NCBI GenBank assembly: GCA_021432655.1
Contig: MU271517.1
Span: forward strand, 3,887-51,040
DNA: 47,154 nt
Source of the DNA: Atractiella rhizophila
Lineage: Eukaryota
Direction: 5' to 3'
A program made the translations under genes and the position numbers. Below, one piece after another: positions 1-12,070 of this stretch. Position 1 is the stretch's first letter, and the number at the start of each line of letters is the position of its first letter. The notes beneath the pieces were generated by a model, which saw nothing but the letters and a program-made list of their open reading frames with translations, was not told the origin of the DNA and made no database searches.

Positions 1-2677
1 GATTGAAGGCGGACAACAAAGTCTTCCCTTGTTGCATTCTCTTTATAAGAGGTATCGATGGCAATCGCTTGTAGTCGGTCCTTCTCTCTGATAAGCTATC
101 AGGATGAAAACTGGCGCGCAGCTTACCCCAACGGATTGAAGTGCTCTGGTGATATACCGTTTTCCATCGTCGACCGAAGCTATGCGAGCCAGGCAGCGAA
201 ACATCGAATTCCAGAGCGTTCTGTCGCCAAATTGATATCGTAAAGAAGGAGACGAAGATTCACGCACTTCAGAGTAGACTCGGGCAGTTGATCTGTTCGT
301 TCGACGATGGTGTGCATGAGTTGAAGGAAGATCTCATTTGATGTGCATGCTTCTGCCAGTCTTCGCGAGCCCTTTGACAGGAACGCTAGAGTAACAGCAA
401 ATTCATTTATCACATCCGCGTCGTTCAAAAAGTGTGTCAGCGTTGACGCCATCGCTTGTAGAATGACATGTAACGCTTTGACACCTGCCTCGCCATTGAA
501 CGCCGCGTCCAAGTTGGGGCTAAATATTGGGGTAGATTAGTCAATAAATAACTGGAAAAAAATAGCGCACTTACCCAGCTGATTCGTCGAGAAGTAAATA
601 AGATAGACCAAAGACGCGAACAAAGTAAAGAGCGCTCTGGACGACCTGCGGGCTTATTTGACCAGCCTGATAGTTACTTGAGGCGGGAAACAGCTAGCAG
701 GGGGAGACGAACTTGAGGCTTTGTGAGACAGTCGACAATCGATAAGGCCAAGTTGCAGAGCAGGATGACAGGATCTTCCTCAAATGGCTAAGTCATCGTC
801 AGCTACACTCTCCCCAACACTGGCGGAAATCAACCTGTTTCGTTGAAGTGTCGAGAATTTCAGGTGGGACGGTGGGCTACAAGCCTATTTAGCACCATTT
901 GTCAGGCGGAAGGGACTACGCACCGTCTCTCCTTCAGCTTCATCACCCAAAATCACAGTGGTGAACATCAGTCCCCAATGGATTTGTTCGCTCGCTGTCA
1001 CGTTTCCAGAAAATATTTTCTCGCACGGTGGAGCAAGAAGGGTAGAAAGTTGTTCGAGTATGGGTCCTGGTGATAATCGCGCGACTTGAGAAAACGCGAG
1101 GAGAAATGAGCGGTGAAGAACCTGTGCCATTCTTCGTGAGCATATACCTGCGAGGGATGGAAACAGGCATACCCTATCTTGGATGCCAGCCTTTGCTTCC
1201 TCATCTTCCATCTCGCCATCCTGCCCTAACAAACCTAAAAGCTGCTCTTTCATCAAGATTCCCTCAAACTTGCATTTCAGTATGGTCCGGCACACGCCTT
1301 CTCTCATTACGGTTGCGGGACTTCGATCGATGCTGCAATCTACCAACCCCAACGCCAGGTTTCCAAAAGCTTCCAAACCAATCTTCTCATATTCCTCGGC
1401 GCCATTTAGTGCCCAGGAAAGTGGCTCTCCTTCCGCCGGTGGAGGTGGACGAAGCCAATGTGATAGTTTTGAGGCGAAAGAGAGGACCAGTCTGACGACT
1501 GCAGGAGGGACTGAGGGGGATGTGGAGAGGTATATCTGGAGGAGGCGTGAGACGAAGAGGGAGAGCGATTGATAATACTCGATATGGTCAGGGCTCGTTG
1601 TCGGGTCTTTTGGAAGTCTACACACAAGCGTATTATAGATGGAAAGAACGGCGTGGCGCATAAACCTACAAGGAGTCCCATACACCGACCGCAATCTCCT
1701 TTGGATTCTTCCCATCTTTACCACAGTCAAATCGGAAGGCCAACTCTGTGCATTCTATGGCGCTCGCCATCCTATCCGCCCACTGAGCAGGCTGGAAGCC
1801 TTGTATCGATTCCTGGCCGATATTCCAGATCGTCTCCAAAAGGTCGGTCTCAAAAATCCATTGTAGGTGTTTGGGAAGATACCGGACATCACTATCCTTC
1901 GTTATCCCTTCGCTCGTTTCCACATCGTCGGTCATGAGTGGATAATACGTATCCCACACGTTGTCAATAGTCAGGCCAACTTGGGCTGGATCAAAATCAT
2001 GCCGTGGTCGAAGAAATCGAAAGCTGAGGAGGCCCTCCAAAGCCTCCATCGCTCCATCAGAATTCAGGGCTTCGATAACCTTTGGCAATATGGACGGGAG
2101 GGCGAATCGTTCCCAATCTAGTCTTGCCAATGCTTCCTCTTCTTCCGTTAAGAAAGCTCGGAAGTTTCTTGAGTCGTCGAACGCTTGAGAGAGGGCAACG
2201 AGATACATGAACGCCGTTGGACTTCGACCGTCGAGCATGGCAACGGCTTGAGTGACCAAACCTTGCTTCTCTTCACCAGTCCATCCTCCCACATTCGCCC
2301 ATCCCTGTACCACGAGTCCCGCGAGCGCGTCAAGGAGCTGACGCACCCAAACCTTCGTTTCCCGAGTAGGGTTGGACGTTAGATTTGAATGCGCTTGTGA
2401 GAGGAGGTCGGAGTGGAGCTGGAGAAGCGTCTCGCGAGGGAGGAAGGAAAGAGAAAGGGAGAGAGGGAAAAGGGTGCGCAGCACGGACGAGCAGTGGAAG
2501 GGGATGTGTGGATGGAGTTGTGCATTAGAGGATTCTGGAGCAGAGCTACGTCAGACAAGGGTCAGCTGTGATTAAGCTAATAATGGACAGACATGGTTCG
2601 AGTCTTCAGGTGCATGCGCGGAACGGTTTAAGCACGGACGAATAGCGTAAATCAAAATCAACAGATTCTTGCTTCAT
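1..2677 (-). CDS. Multi-exon helical (ARM/HEAT-like) protein, possibly a karyopherin-beta/exportin-like protein; 3' end lies outside the window
   Basis: Leu-rich helical ORFs 1666..2484, 885..1730 and 180..512 join through short GT-AG introns (e.g. WDSL|LPKDPTT). The start is uncertain; a candidate ATG at 2677 splices in frame. The family call is impressionistic. Confidence 0.5.
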
Positions 2678-3201
2678 TACTTTATCAAACGGGCATTCAT
2701 TGTTTAGTCCCGCGCAAGGTAGGTGTCAAGGCTAATCTTGACCATGTTCCTTGGCGCAAAATTGGGTGAGATACGGATAAATCAGGAGCAAGCTCTTTAC
2801 GATGCTTGTGTGCAATCCAAGCACAAACATGCGCCTCAACTATTTCTCACAAACTGCCAAACCAAGCCGTTCGACTCTGGTTTCGAGCTTCACGGCTAGA
2901 TTTAGCGAAAGCGACTTCTTTGGCCGAGAACAATGACTATCTCATCCTGAAGACTGTGACATCTCTTAAATTCAGACAGCTGTTTGAGTAAAACAGGGTA
3001 CGGACAGTAATTTGCCAACGTAAAAATATTATCGGAGAACGATTGAAGCTCCTGTGCTTTGGTCTCTAACGGCAATGACAGAACCGAAATTGAGAGCTAT
3101 TGTCACACTTACGGCTCCAAGCAAAAAAAAGAGGTTGCAAAGATACCGAAATTGAGACATATCATTATACAAACACCAAAGAAAGAGTGCATCCCACCCG
3201 T

Positions 3202-4073
3202 TCATTTGCCCAATGGAGATCGATCAAATGGGTGCTCACCTGCAATGCCCTTATAAGCAATCTCCACGCCTCCTGCTTGCAATTTTTCCACCTTATTCCT
3301 CCACTCCAACACCTGTTTGAGACTCTGCGACGCAGGAAGCCTCAAAATGCCATCAAGCACAGTAATCGCGTCCATTGTTGCACTTGATCGCAGGAGCTTG
3401 AGGGGCAAAGGATGAAAAGTGTGGGGGCTCACAAAAATGGGAAAGCGGTCGGATTTGCTCTTTGACAAGACCCAGCATCCAGCAAGACCATGGCCTCGCA
3501 CTTTTCAGTCCTAACGCGAGCTATAGCACGGGGTGCTCTGCGCAATGGAACCCAACGGCCATTCAGCAGCCAGACGGTATTTTCAGGAGCAGCAAACGTG
3601 CGGTGGCAGCAGGGCAAGTTTGCGAAGGCTGTAGGAGGGACTGCACTTGTTGTGGGAGGAGCAGGACTTAGTTTGTGGGCTGGGAGCGCTTTAGGTGAGC
3701 ATTTTCTGGGCTTTTGGGACACCTCTGGAGCGTGCGAGAGGGCGAGAGACACGTTTGCACGTCGTTTGAGCTCATGCGCACTCGCTCGGGTTGACGCGAG
3801 CTTCGGTTCGCTCACGGGCTGGGCAATGTCCCCTCGCTCGATACGAAGGCTTTCTTTGTTCCGTTGGAATATTTCGTTTTTCACCTTAACGTTCATTTGT
3901 GCTGTTCGGAACTGGCGGCCAATGACTGCCAGAAACAAAGCTGACATTGGCTGACCACAGAGCGGACCTGTTATTATGTAATGTCGAGGCGATTTTTTGG
4001 CTCTTACGCACGTTACAACGAATTGAATATTTCTTAATGAGCTTGATTCACATTGTTGCAGCTTGATTCGCAA
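3202..4073 (-). CDS. Possible spliced orphan gene (hypothetical protein)
   Basis: ORF 3429..4073 joins ORF 3202..3501 in frame through a GTGAGC...TCAAG intron (AFPFF-ATMDAITV...). No family recognised. Confidence 0.35.
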
Positions 4074-4430
4074 TGTTGCAGGAGCAGACGAAATCTCTAT
4101 TGAGAGTGCATTTTGGAGTGAACAGCTTGTTAATTTCTGATGGGTTCAAATTAGCCCAGTTCCAACATAACGTCATTGAGTGTTAAATTTGTTGTACTTT
4201 TTATGGCCTGCAACATAACTATACGTATGATAAGAGAATTTTGAGAGCTCTCATAGCGTACGCTAAAGACAGCAGAATATAGGTAAAGGCACTGTATTGT
4301 GGATATTGCCCTACAATTTCCTGTAATTGCTGTAGTAACAAGACTCTACGCCTCCTCGTTTAAGTTGGCTTCCCAACCCGGCAAAATATCCATGACAATA
4401 TTCATCTTCATAACTGACACGCATCCTTAG

Positions 4431-5510
4431 GTTTCCCAACCACAGCTTACGCGCTCTCAATCGAACCCGTCGCACCTATTTCAACGGACCGTCCAGCCGC
4501 GGCACCGCTAATGCGTCGTTTGTCGCTTGTCTCAGCCCTGCGTCCCTCCTAACGTCTCTTCTGCAGCGGACCCATCCACATCGATGCCATTTCCCACTTA
4601 CCTTTCAACAGCCTCGTCGCCTACAATTCGGTGCGACCTGATAGGACTTGGAGTGAGGACGGTTTCCTTCCTCGGCATACAAGTTTACGGTATGTCCGTT
4701 GCTTTTCATTGTCTGTCCTCTATTTTGATGACCTTTATTTCGCAGTTGCCGGTTTTTATGTCGATCAAGACGCCCTCGCCTGTCTCCAATACATGCCCGA
4801 ATGGGTGTCCTTTAAAGCGGACAAGCTACTCTCTGCATCTGTACCTTACCACCAGCAAATCACGGAGAATCTAGATTACGAAGGTTTACGGGGTCGGAAA
4901 GGGGAGACGCAGGGAGAGACTCGTGGCGAAGAACTTATACGCCGTCTTGTGGCACTGCCGGGTGAGTTCGTGGTGAGGATTGTCCCGACTAGAGGGACAG
5001 ATTTTGGACACCTTAGAGATGGGTTCACAAAGGCATTGATGGGAAGGATGAAAGTGGCAGAGAAGAAGGGGGAAATTGATCCGTCGTTAGGAGAGGTGCG
5101 TTCAATACCGCTACCAGGAGATTGGGAGACTGATGTTGGCACGTAGAGACTGGCAAATTCTTTGGTCGAGTTCAAAAACCTTTTCCCGCAAGCGAGGAAA
5201 CTGGGGAAAGGCAAAGAGATGCTGTTGATCAAGGATCGAGATGGAAATCTCAAAGTCGAGTGTGAAGGAGAACTCATCGGAATCTTGAAAGATGAGTGGA
5301 TTGCGAGGGAGATGATCGTTGCATATTTCGCTGATCAAAACGTTATCTCGCAAAAAGTACGCTGACACTCCCTCCATTCACGCCGATCTCTTTACTGACG
5401 TTGGATTGATCGGGAAGATGAAAGACTCTGTGGCTGCTGGCTTCGAATCCCTGATGCGCAACCCTCCGAAGCGACATATTCCGAAACAAGGATTCTTTGG
5501 CGCTAGTTAA
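4431..5510 (+). CDS. Chalcone-isomerase-fold mitochondrial protein (Aim18/Aim46-like); N-terminal exons unresolved
   Basis: Motifs LIGLGVRTVSFLGIQVY, VRIVPTRGTDFGHLRDGF and YFADQNVISQK across 4-5 exons with GT-AG introns; stop at 5508-5510. Confidence 0.8.
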
Positions 5511-6101
5511 ATTCCGTTGCCGCAGCTTTCTCTGTGAGAAGTAAGGCCCACAGTTGCCTATGGATTGTACATTTGTACGGAACATCGCATTTAATCTGCA
5601 GTTTACCATAATCAAGTTTTACCGCCTGCATTTTTTACCTCAGTTTTTGCGCTCCTACCTGATCTCGGTAATGGCAGCTGTTCTTATATTGAATAACAGT
5701 ACTGTCTTGAGTAAATCGCTCAAGCTTCAGCGTCGAGTCGCGCATCCGCGTCCTGCCGTGAACGATGGCAAGGGTTGCAATAACGAGAATGAAAAGGATA
5801 TTTTGGAGCCGCATATGCTGCTTTCGTTCGCCATGAGCTAATCAAGCTCACAATCATACAATGCACATCATCATACTTGGCGCCTTTGTTTGCTCTGAAT
5901 ATTCGACTACTAGTTCAATTGAGCGCAACCAACGCTGTTTGAGTGACTGCTTGAGAGAGGACTGTCATTTATCATACAAACAGCTGTAACAGCAACCGGC
6001 AATGGAGGTGCTCTTGCAAAGCAAGCATTATGTATTGATGGTAAGACATTGAACGTAAGTACTGGAATCAACCCCCAAAAATAAATTGCAGCTTGTCCCA
6101 T

Positions 6102-6770
6102 TTAAAATAGGCGGCGGATGTATTTAAGAGGTCCAGTACCAATCCTCGCTTCCCTCTCAGCAGCGAGCTGTTCAGCAGAGTCCCAACTATTGGTCCCGTT
6201 AGCTTGACCAGTTAAATCACAGGTAGATGCCAGACATACCATTTCCTTCCAGTGTCAAGATCAATCTCTGATGCTTTCCTGAACCCATCACGCTTGAAGA
6301 AGAATGCGATGGCCCAGAATGCAAGAACGATGGGGAAGGCAAGATCTAGAAAAACAAGGATCAGTGGGATACAACAGTCCTAGAAGATTAGACGGACAGC
6401 TCAAAAAGAATCCTTCAGCAGTGGGAGCGCTGCCATCGATGGGATCGACGGCGACGTAGAGTTGCAAGATAAGCACGAGGACGACGAGGAACAGTCCAAG
6501 GTAAGATCCGGGAACGCCAAAGGCAGCCTTGAAGGGGATCTCTCCAAGGTCCTTCCCTTGAGCCTTCCACGCAGCGCGGAACCTAATGTGAGCAACCTAC
6601 AATCACTGTCAGTCATCGATAATGTAGGTGGGACGACTACATACACAGATAGATCCCCAAGTGAAGAGAGTGGAAAGACCCGAAAGTGCTAGAAGCCAAT
6701 CGAAAGCAGTGAGACCTTTCTTTGCCAGGGAAACATAGGCGAGGGGTCCAAAGACAATGATCGTAGTGAC
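6102..6770 (-). CDS. Amino-acid permease (YAT/Gap1 family), C-terminal exons
   Basis: FGPLAYV...AFDWLLALSGLSTLFTWGSI, then DLDTGRK...SAEQLAAEREARIGTGPLKYIRRLF*. The reading frame runs into the N gap. Confidence 0.9.
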
Positions 6771-6795
6771 NNNNNNNNNNNNNNNNNNNNNNNNN
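6771..6795. other. Assembly gap (25 N)
   Basis: Run of N. Roughly 100 permease codons, between SAI and VTTIIVF, appear to be missing here. Confidence 0.99.
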
Positions 6796-9700
6796 GAAGA
6801 GTTACCATTTACAGTGCTAGAACATAGAGAGAAGAGAACAAGACCCAAAACAGCCAAATTTCGTCGAAAGACAGTAAGTAGGGAGAAGCAAGACTAACGT
6901 ATTATCTTCAGGCCAAGGTGGGAGAAGATAGCTAAGAAAGGAAACCAAGCGTTCCTCAACTAAGCGGCGAACATGACAAATGAGGTATTTATTACAAAAC
7001 AGAACACGATGACAAACTGAACAAAGCCATGATGCTACAAATTCGATGGGAGAAAGAGATGCATAAAAGACAGGATGAGCAAGGAAGGAGGAAGTTTGCC
7101 AGATAGAACGAGAACAAAACCAACCGCAGGAGCTAGGAAATACTTTTATTTAAGACACGTTTGCCAAAGTCTTAAAGTGGAGAGCGAATAGAAATACTAC
7201 ACAACAGGTATGGGGTAAGAAGTACTGAAGCCAGTACTGAAAGGACGAGTAACAGCAAGGATATGTGAAGGGAGTTCAATCCCTGCTGAAAGTTCTATAA
7301 CGAGACATTAAGAAATATTGACTTCGAAGAGAACATAAAATATTTAGATCCAACGTTAGGTACGGAACAGCGGAGATAACAACGACGAAGTTAAAGTCAA
7401 GCTCAAAGCTCAGACTTATAATGGTTTTTTTGTGGTTAAGAAACTTGACAGGTGGAAGCTTAGAACGAGATTCTAAAAGGCACGGTGGTACCGGTTTGTT
7501 ACTTTGCTTAGAGTTGCAGTGTAACGACCGCTTCCTTCTGACCAACGACCAATTGGTTGACTACCTATTAGCTCTCGATCCTACTGCCAATGATTTAGCA
7601 ACGTAGGTGCGTCTAACGTAGTTTGAGTTATGACGTCACATAGAGTCGATTTACTTTAAACGACCCTTGTACAACAAGCTATAGAATTCCACGCAAAAAC
7701 GGGTGACGTATCATCTCGGCTTGGGTGCTCGCAGGCTGGGCCGTTCGCTCGAGCACGAGGGAGTGAATGAGATAAAAACCTTGTGGAGCAACTAAATTTC
7801 GCCAGCTGGAAAGAAAGAACAAAGGACCAAACACCAAACACACTATTAACCACCTATTTACGTCCTCCTACCTTACCTTTACGACCTAGAAGTAACAACG
7901 ACTATAACTTAACACAAATCCCTTCTCCACATTTCCTTGCCATGCGTTTAGAGGAAACGGTCCAAAGTGTCTAACGGAACGTTAGCCCGAAAAGTCAGAT
8001 AGCAATTTCCTTTAAGCGTTATTTTAATGTCATTTGTAATTCCTCAACGGCTTTGATAATGCAGAGGAAGCTGGGCAAGCAACCTACACTGAAAACCTAA
8101 CCCTTTCATGTGTACAGGACCTACATCGACAAGTCCACTACGTCCGTCCTACCTCTGACCGTTTAGATCGGTGTAGGAAGCCCAACGGTAACAGTAGCAG
8201 CTCGAGACTGCCGTAAGGTAGCAATGGAAAACGAGGTAAACGATTTATTATTCCAGTTACCTTTCACCCTGAGAAGAGGAGTGCCAACTTTGCAGCTACT
8301 GGTCTCAGGCCGAAGCCGAAATGTGTAAGGTAACTCACCACGGAACGAGGACTGTAGCGGCAAGTTCAGCCAAGGACGATTTCCTGTTCATTTGGGACGT
8401 GTAAAACACACGATGCCCCTTGGCGGTCTCCCACACTTTTTTACGTCCCAACATCGAACCGCGTGTGCATAGGTCAAGTTATAGCTCAGCGGTTCTACAG
8501 TACACGTTAGAGGGAGGAACTCTAGAGTTTTGGAGTCGCGGGAGTCGAAGGAGAAGCGCAACGATAGAAACAAATGACCCGAGACTCTTAGAAGTCTGTC
8601 TACTACAACGGTTCAACGGAGCGCCAGTACGACTATGCATCTTGCGACAAAGGAGGAAGAGAGGTAAACGCCACTATGGTTCCGTAAGCCTAGAACCGTC
8701 ATGGCAACCGTTATTACTACGGCTTAAAGCCTTCGTCTAACAACTTTACAACCCCTTTCCTTGTTCCAGCACACGTTGACGAATGAGAGCGACAGAACTT
8801 TTGCTTGACAGAAGTAAGCTCACATGCTCGCTCCTCTCTCGTGCGAATACAGGACCACAGCAGGTGTCTGTACGTTACCGGTAGCCTCTTCCGGAGCCAT
8901 CATTAGACAACAGCAGAATAGTTCTCTATCTTGTCGTTACTTACTCGGTTCTGGGTTAGCGCACTATTGAGACAGTGACAGAACAGCGTGCGTCTAGTCC
9001 TGCAAGTCGAGACGAATTTTCCGAGCGGGGCGGGGACATTCCTAAAAATGGGAGTAGCTCTTGGTGAGGAAGGGAGGAAGAGCGAAGGGCGGTGAAGAGG
9101 AAGAAAGGGCTGTCGAAACAATCAAAGTCGGTGTTACAGCCTACTTTTCCGCATAAGGGGGGAGATTCCTCCTAGTGTGCCAGCAATGCTGGTTTCGACG
9201 AAGGATGCTACCTAACACCCTAGGGAGTGTACTCAGGTTCATTCGAAACAAGATGTGGGTGGGTTAGAACTCCGAATGTCTTGCACCACTTCTACCTGAG
9301 CGAACCCTAACTGGCACCTTAGGAAGTTCTCCCGAGGGTTACGTCAGTAGGTGTTTTAACTGCAGCTTCGACGACTCCGCTCGCCTTTCGGACAGCTGGT
9401 TTACCGACGTTTCCTCCCAAGACGTTACGTCGTAGTCAAGTTTTTGGCTGTAGAGGTCTACAACCGACAGCGACCAAGGTAACCTTGGCCAAGCAAAACA
9501 AGGGATGATCTGCGCCTGTTCGAACTATACTTGAGACGTCCAGAGAAATAACCATCACCTCCACGAGAGTGAGCGCCTCCTGGGCGACCACAGGAGTAAC
9601 GTACCGAGTAGTACCCATAGTACAACGAATACCAGTACGTTCGACGGCCTCCAATCAGAGAGGGGGGTCGTACCTTTGAAACAGTTACTAAACCTACGTC

Positions 9701-10375
9701 TTGACCGATAGTACATGGGACAGTGGCCACCTAAGATATGGAACAGGCTAGCGAAGTAAGTCGGCAGAACCCGTTACCGGTACCCTACCATTCAAAGCCG
9801 CAAGACGCAGTGCACTAGGAGTGGTTCACCCCTGTGTCCTTGATGCAGAACGTTACCCGACAGCACGAAGGAGAGCTTAACTAACGACGACGGCAATGGC
9901 ACAGCAAGACCTCCCTGCTATAGAGAGTTCGACAGACCTAATGGCACAAAAAGTAATGACAGTAGTAACAGTTGTATAAAGGCTAACCGAAGCGGCTTCT
10001 CCTTAAGACCTGGTCAACCTAGTTTGAGAACATTCAGACCGTGAGAAAGATAAAGAGAACGTACTGGAACTCTGGTCCTGACAATAACCTAAGGAGTAGA
10101 AGCGGGAGTAGTACCAAGAACCACCACCTTTTAGACCCAGGCTGATGCTAAGTATGCACCCTCCTTTCCATAACCTTGTCGGGACCGCGAAAGCGGTTGC
10201 CAAAGGGGCCACAAACGAGGCATAAGCAGTGGCCGTCGAAAGAGAAAGCGACCATGACTCCAAACAGATAAAGGTTAGGTACTTAGGTACTCGGGTGATT
10301 GGGTCTTTGTTTCTAGTAGCGCGAACGACGGAGCCTTTGTCGCGTTGGCTTCTTCGTATACGGAAGTCGCTATTT
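6796..10375. other. Reversed-but-not-complemented (mirror) sequence block
   Basis: Neither normal strand is interpretable. The complement read left to right gives permease exons with GT-AG introns and a T-rich UTR-like stretch. Right boundary is approximate (10375-10397). Confidence 0.95.
9135..10375. CDS. Amino-acid permease (YAT/Gap1 family), N-terminal exons, readable only as the complement left to right (minus strand once the block is reversed)
   Basis: Complement translation: MSDEKAYSP..., WTRLGLTVESFKRAP, KNRHLQMLAVAGSIGT|GLFIGSGGALTRGGPAGVLIAWLIMG, ELAIMYPVTGGFY, GVCSVFVT..FSFAGTE, LAASETAQPKKHMPSAI. Confidence 0.93.
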
Positions 10376-10397
10376 AAACTTTACTAACGAGGTTAGG

Positions 10398-12070
10398 TTA
10401 CAAGACCCTTGGATCAATCGTCGTTCCCCTTCCGTGGACGGGAACCGAGTCTTGTTCGGTTGGTGTAGCTTCGGCAGGAATAGCTGCTGTTGTAACAGGA
10501 ATATCGCCCCAATATGGTTGAGGTGGGACGTAGGAAGGGTATACGTTGGAACGAACTGGTTGAGGGGAGGCATCGTAAACTGGGGCAGAGGCAGAAGCGA
10601 GCGCATAAAGTTGGACTGGTTGATGCACTGGATATGAAGGATACAGGAGAGGTTGATGGTGAGAAGTGCCGACGTTCATGTAAAGAGCATTAACGCTGTC
10701 ATCAAACGTGTGGATAGCAGGATTTTGTGCAATGAAGTTGGAAGAAATCGGTCCTGGCGCATACTCGTATTGTTGAGTTGGAGGCGGAGCAGGGAATTGA
10801 TAATCGGCCATTGAGATTGAACCAGGGGTAGGTTGAGGAGGTTGTCCAGTTGAAAAGACATTCTGAATGTATCCCTCTTGATGCCTTTCGTCCGGAGTGA
10901 TGACTGGTGTAAGCGACATATCGGAAGGCGTAAAAGTCCCGTTGATGGAAGCAGTCGGCGGACAGACATAAATGTCAGGCGTTGGAGCGACGCTAGTCTG
11001 CTGATCCTGTCGGCTTCGCATTCGTTGGGCGCGGGTAATACGAGGGGCTGACTGAATGACTTCGACCAGCGAATTTCTGCGTGAGGTAGAGATATAGTCT
11101 TCGATGGAACGAGATTTCTTGAGTTTCGAGGCAGCAGCTCTCTTCTTGCGGCTTGTCGTTATTGAATGGTCTCCCGACTTTCCGCGTCGATGAGGAACGT
11201 AGACATACCCTTTAAGAAAATGTATTCATCAATCCCTCATGCATTCATCGAGAAAGGAAGAACGAACCGGGATGCTTCTCCTGGTGCAACTGTTTGATTG
11301 TTTCTTGGAGAGCCTCAAAAACCCTTCTTCCCTCAATATCCATCGACTTCCACTTCTGACCCAAGGTCTTGCTCCTATCTTTCTCTCTCCCTTCTGCCAT
11401 CAAGCCATGATGCCATTCCGCGGCTTGCTCCAGCAACAGTCCGACCCGACTACCTTTCGGAATGACTCCACCTTCGAAATACGGTTCAAATTCCTGTCGT
11501 CGACCTTCCACCGTCTTCCTATACAACATAAACTGATTCGGAGGCCGCTTTATCGTCCGTCTGCCTGGCAAAGAGCGAGCGGTAGGAATACGAGGAGAAT
11601 CTTCACCCTCCTCCTCGCCGGATCCGGAACCATCCATGTCAGCTCCCAAACAAGGGCTGGAAGATCTCCAGGATCCATTCCCTTGCACTTGGAGGTCTTG
11701 TGGTGATAGCGAACGGGCATCTCGAGCGATCGGAGGAATGGGGAAACCGTCGAGAGAGAGGTAAACGGGTTGAAAATGTGGATTTGACGCGAACTGTTTG
11801 TCATCCGTGTCAGACAGGATAAAACGTGTTCCAAATTCGCTATTTCATCAAACAACAAACAGCAATCCCCCCATCCACAGGAAAGAGAGAAAAAACAGCT
11901 CACTTTGTGTATATTTGAGATCCGGACACAGGTGAGTGTTTGCGCGAGCGAATTGGGGAAGGAGATCGTGAGATGGCGAGAGATTGAAGTGGTGTATGTT
12001 CGCGAGCGAACGTGGACGCAGGTGGCGGAGGATCGAAAAGAAGCGGTGACGGTGATCCAGAGGCGGTCAT
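10398..12070 (-). CDS. HMG-box transcription factor (sequence-specific MATA_HMG/SOX-like class)
   Basis: IKRPPNQFMLYRK...SKTLGQKWKSM...HQEKHP|GYVYVP followed by a basic tail and a P/Q/Y-rich C-terminus. Exons at about 12070-11904, 11791-11269 and 11210-10398 splice in frame. Confidence 0.88.

Noticed and set aside
6609..10263. ORF-track calls inside or crossing into the mirror block (e.g. 6609..6857 N-terminus, 8420..8740, 9458..9730, 10003..10263)
   Set aside because: These are chance ORFs in reversed text; the meaningful reading is the complement left to right.
6796..10375. Ordinary inversion, transposon or foreign DNA insertion
   Set aside because: An inversion would still translate on one of the two normal strands. 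The decoded content is the host's own permease, continuous with the flanks.
10398..12070. Mating-type locus
   Set aside because: No pheromone, STE3 receptor or homeodomain genes were seen; an HMG box alone is insufficient.
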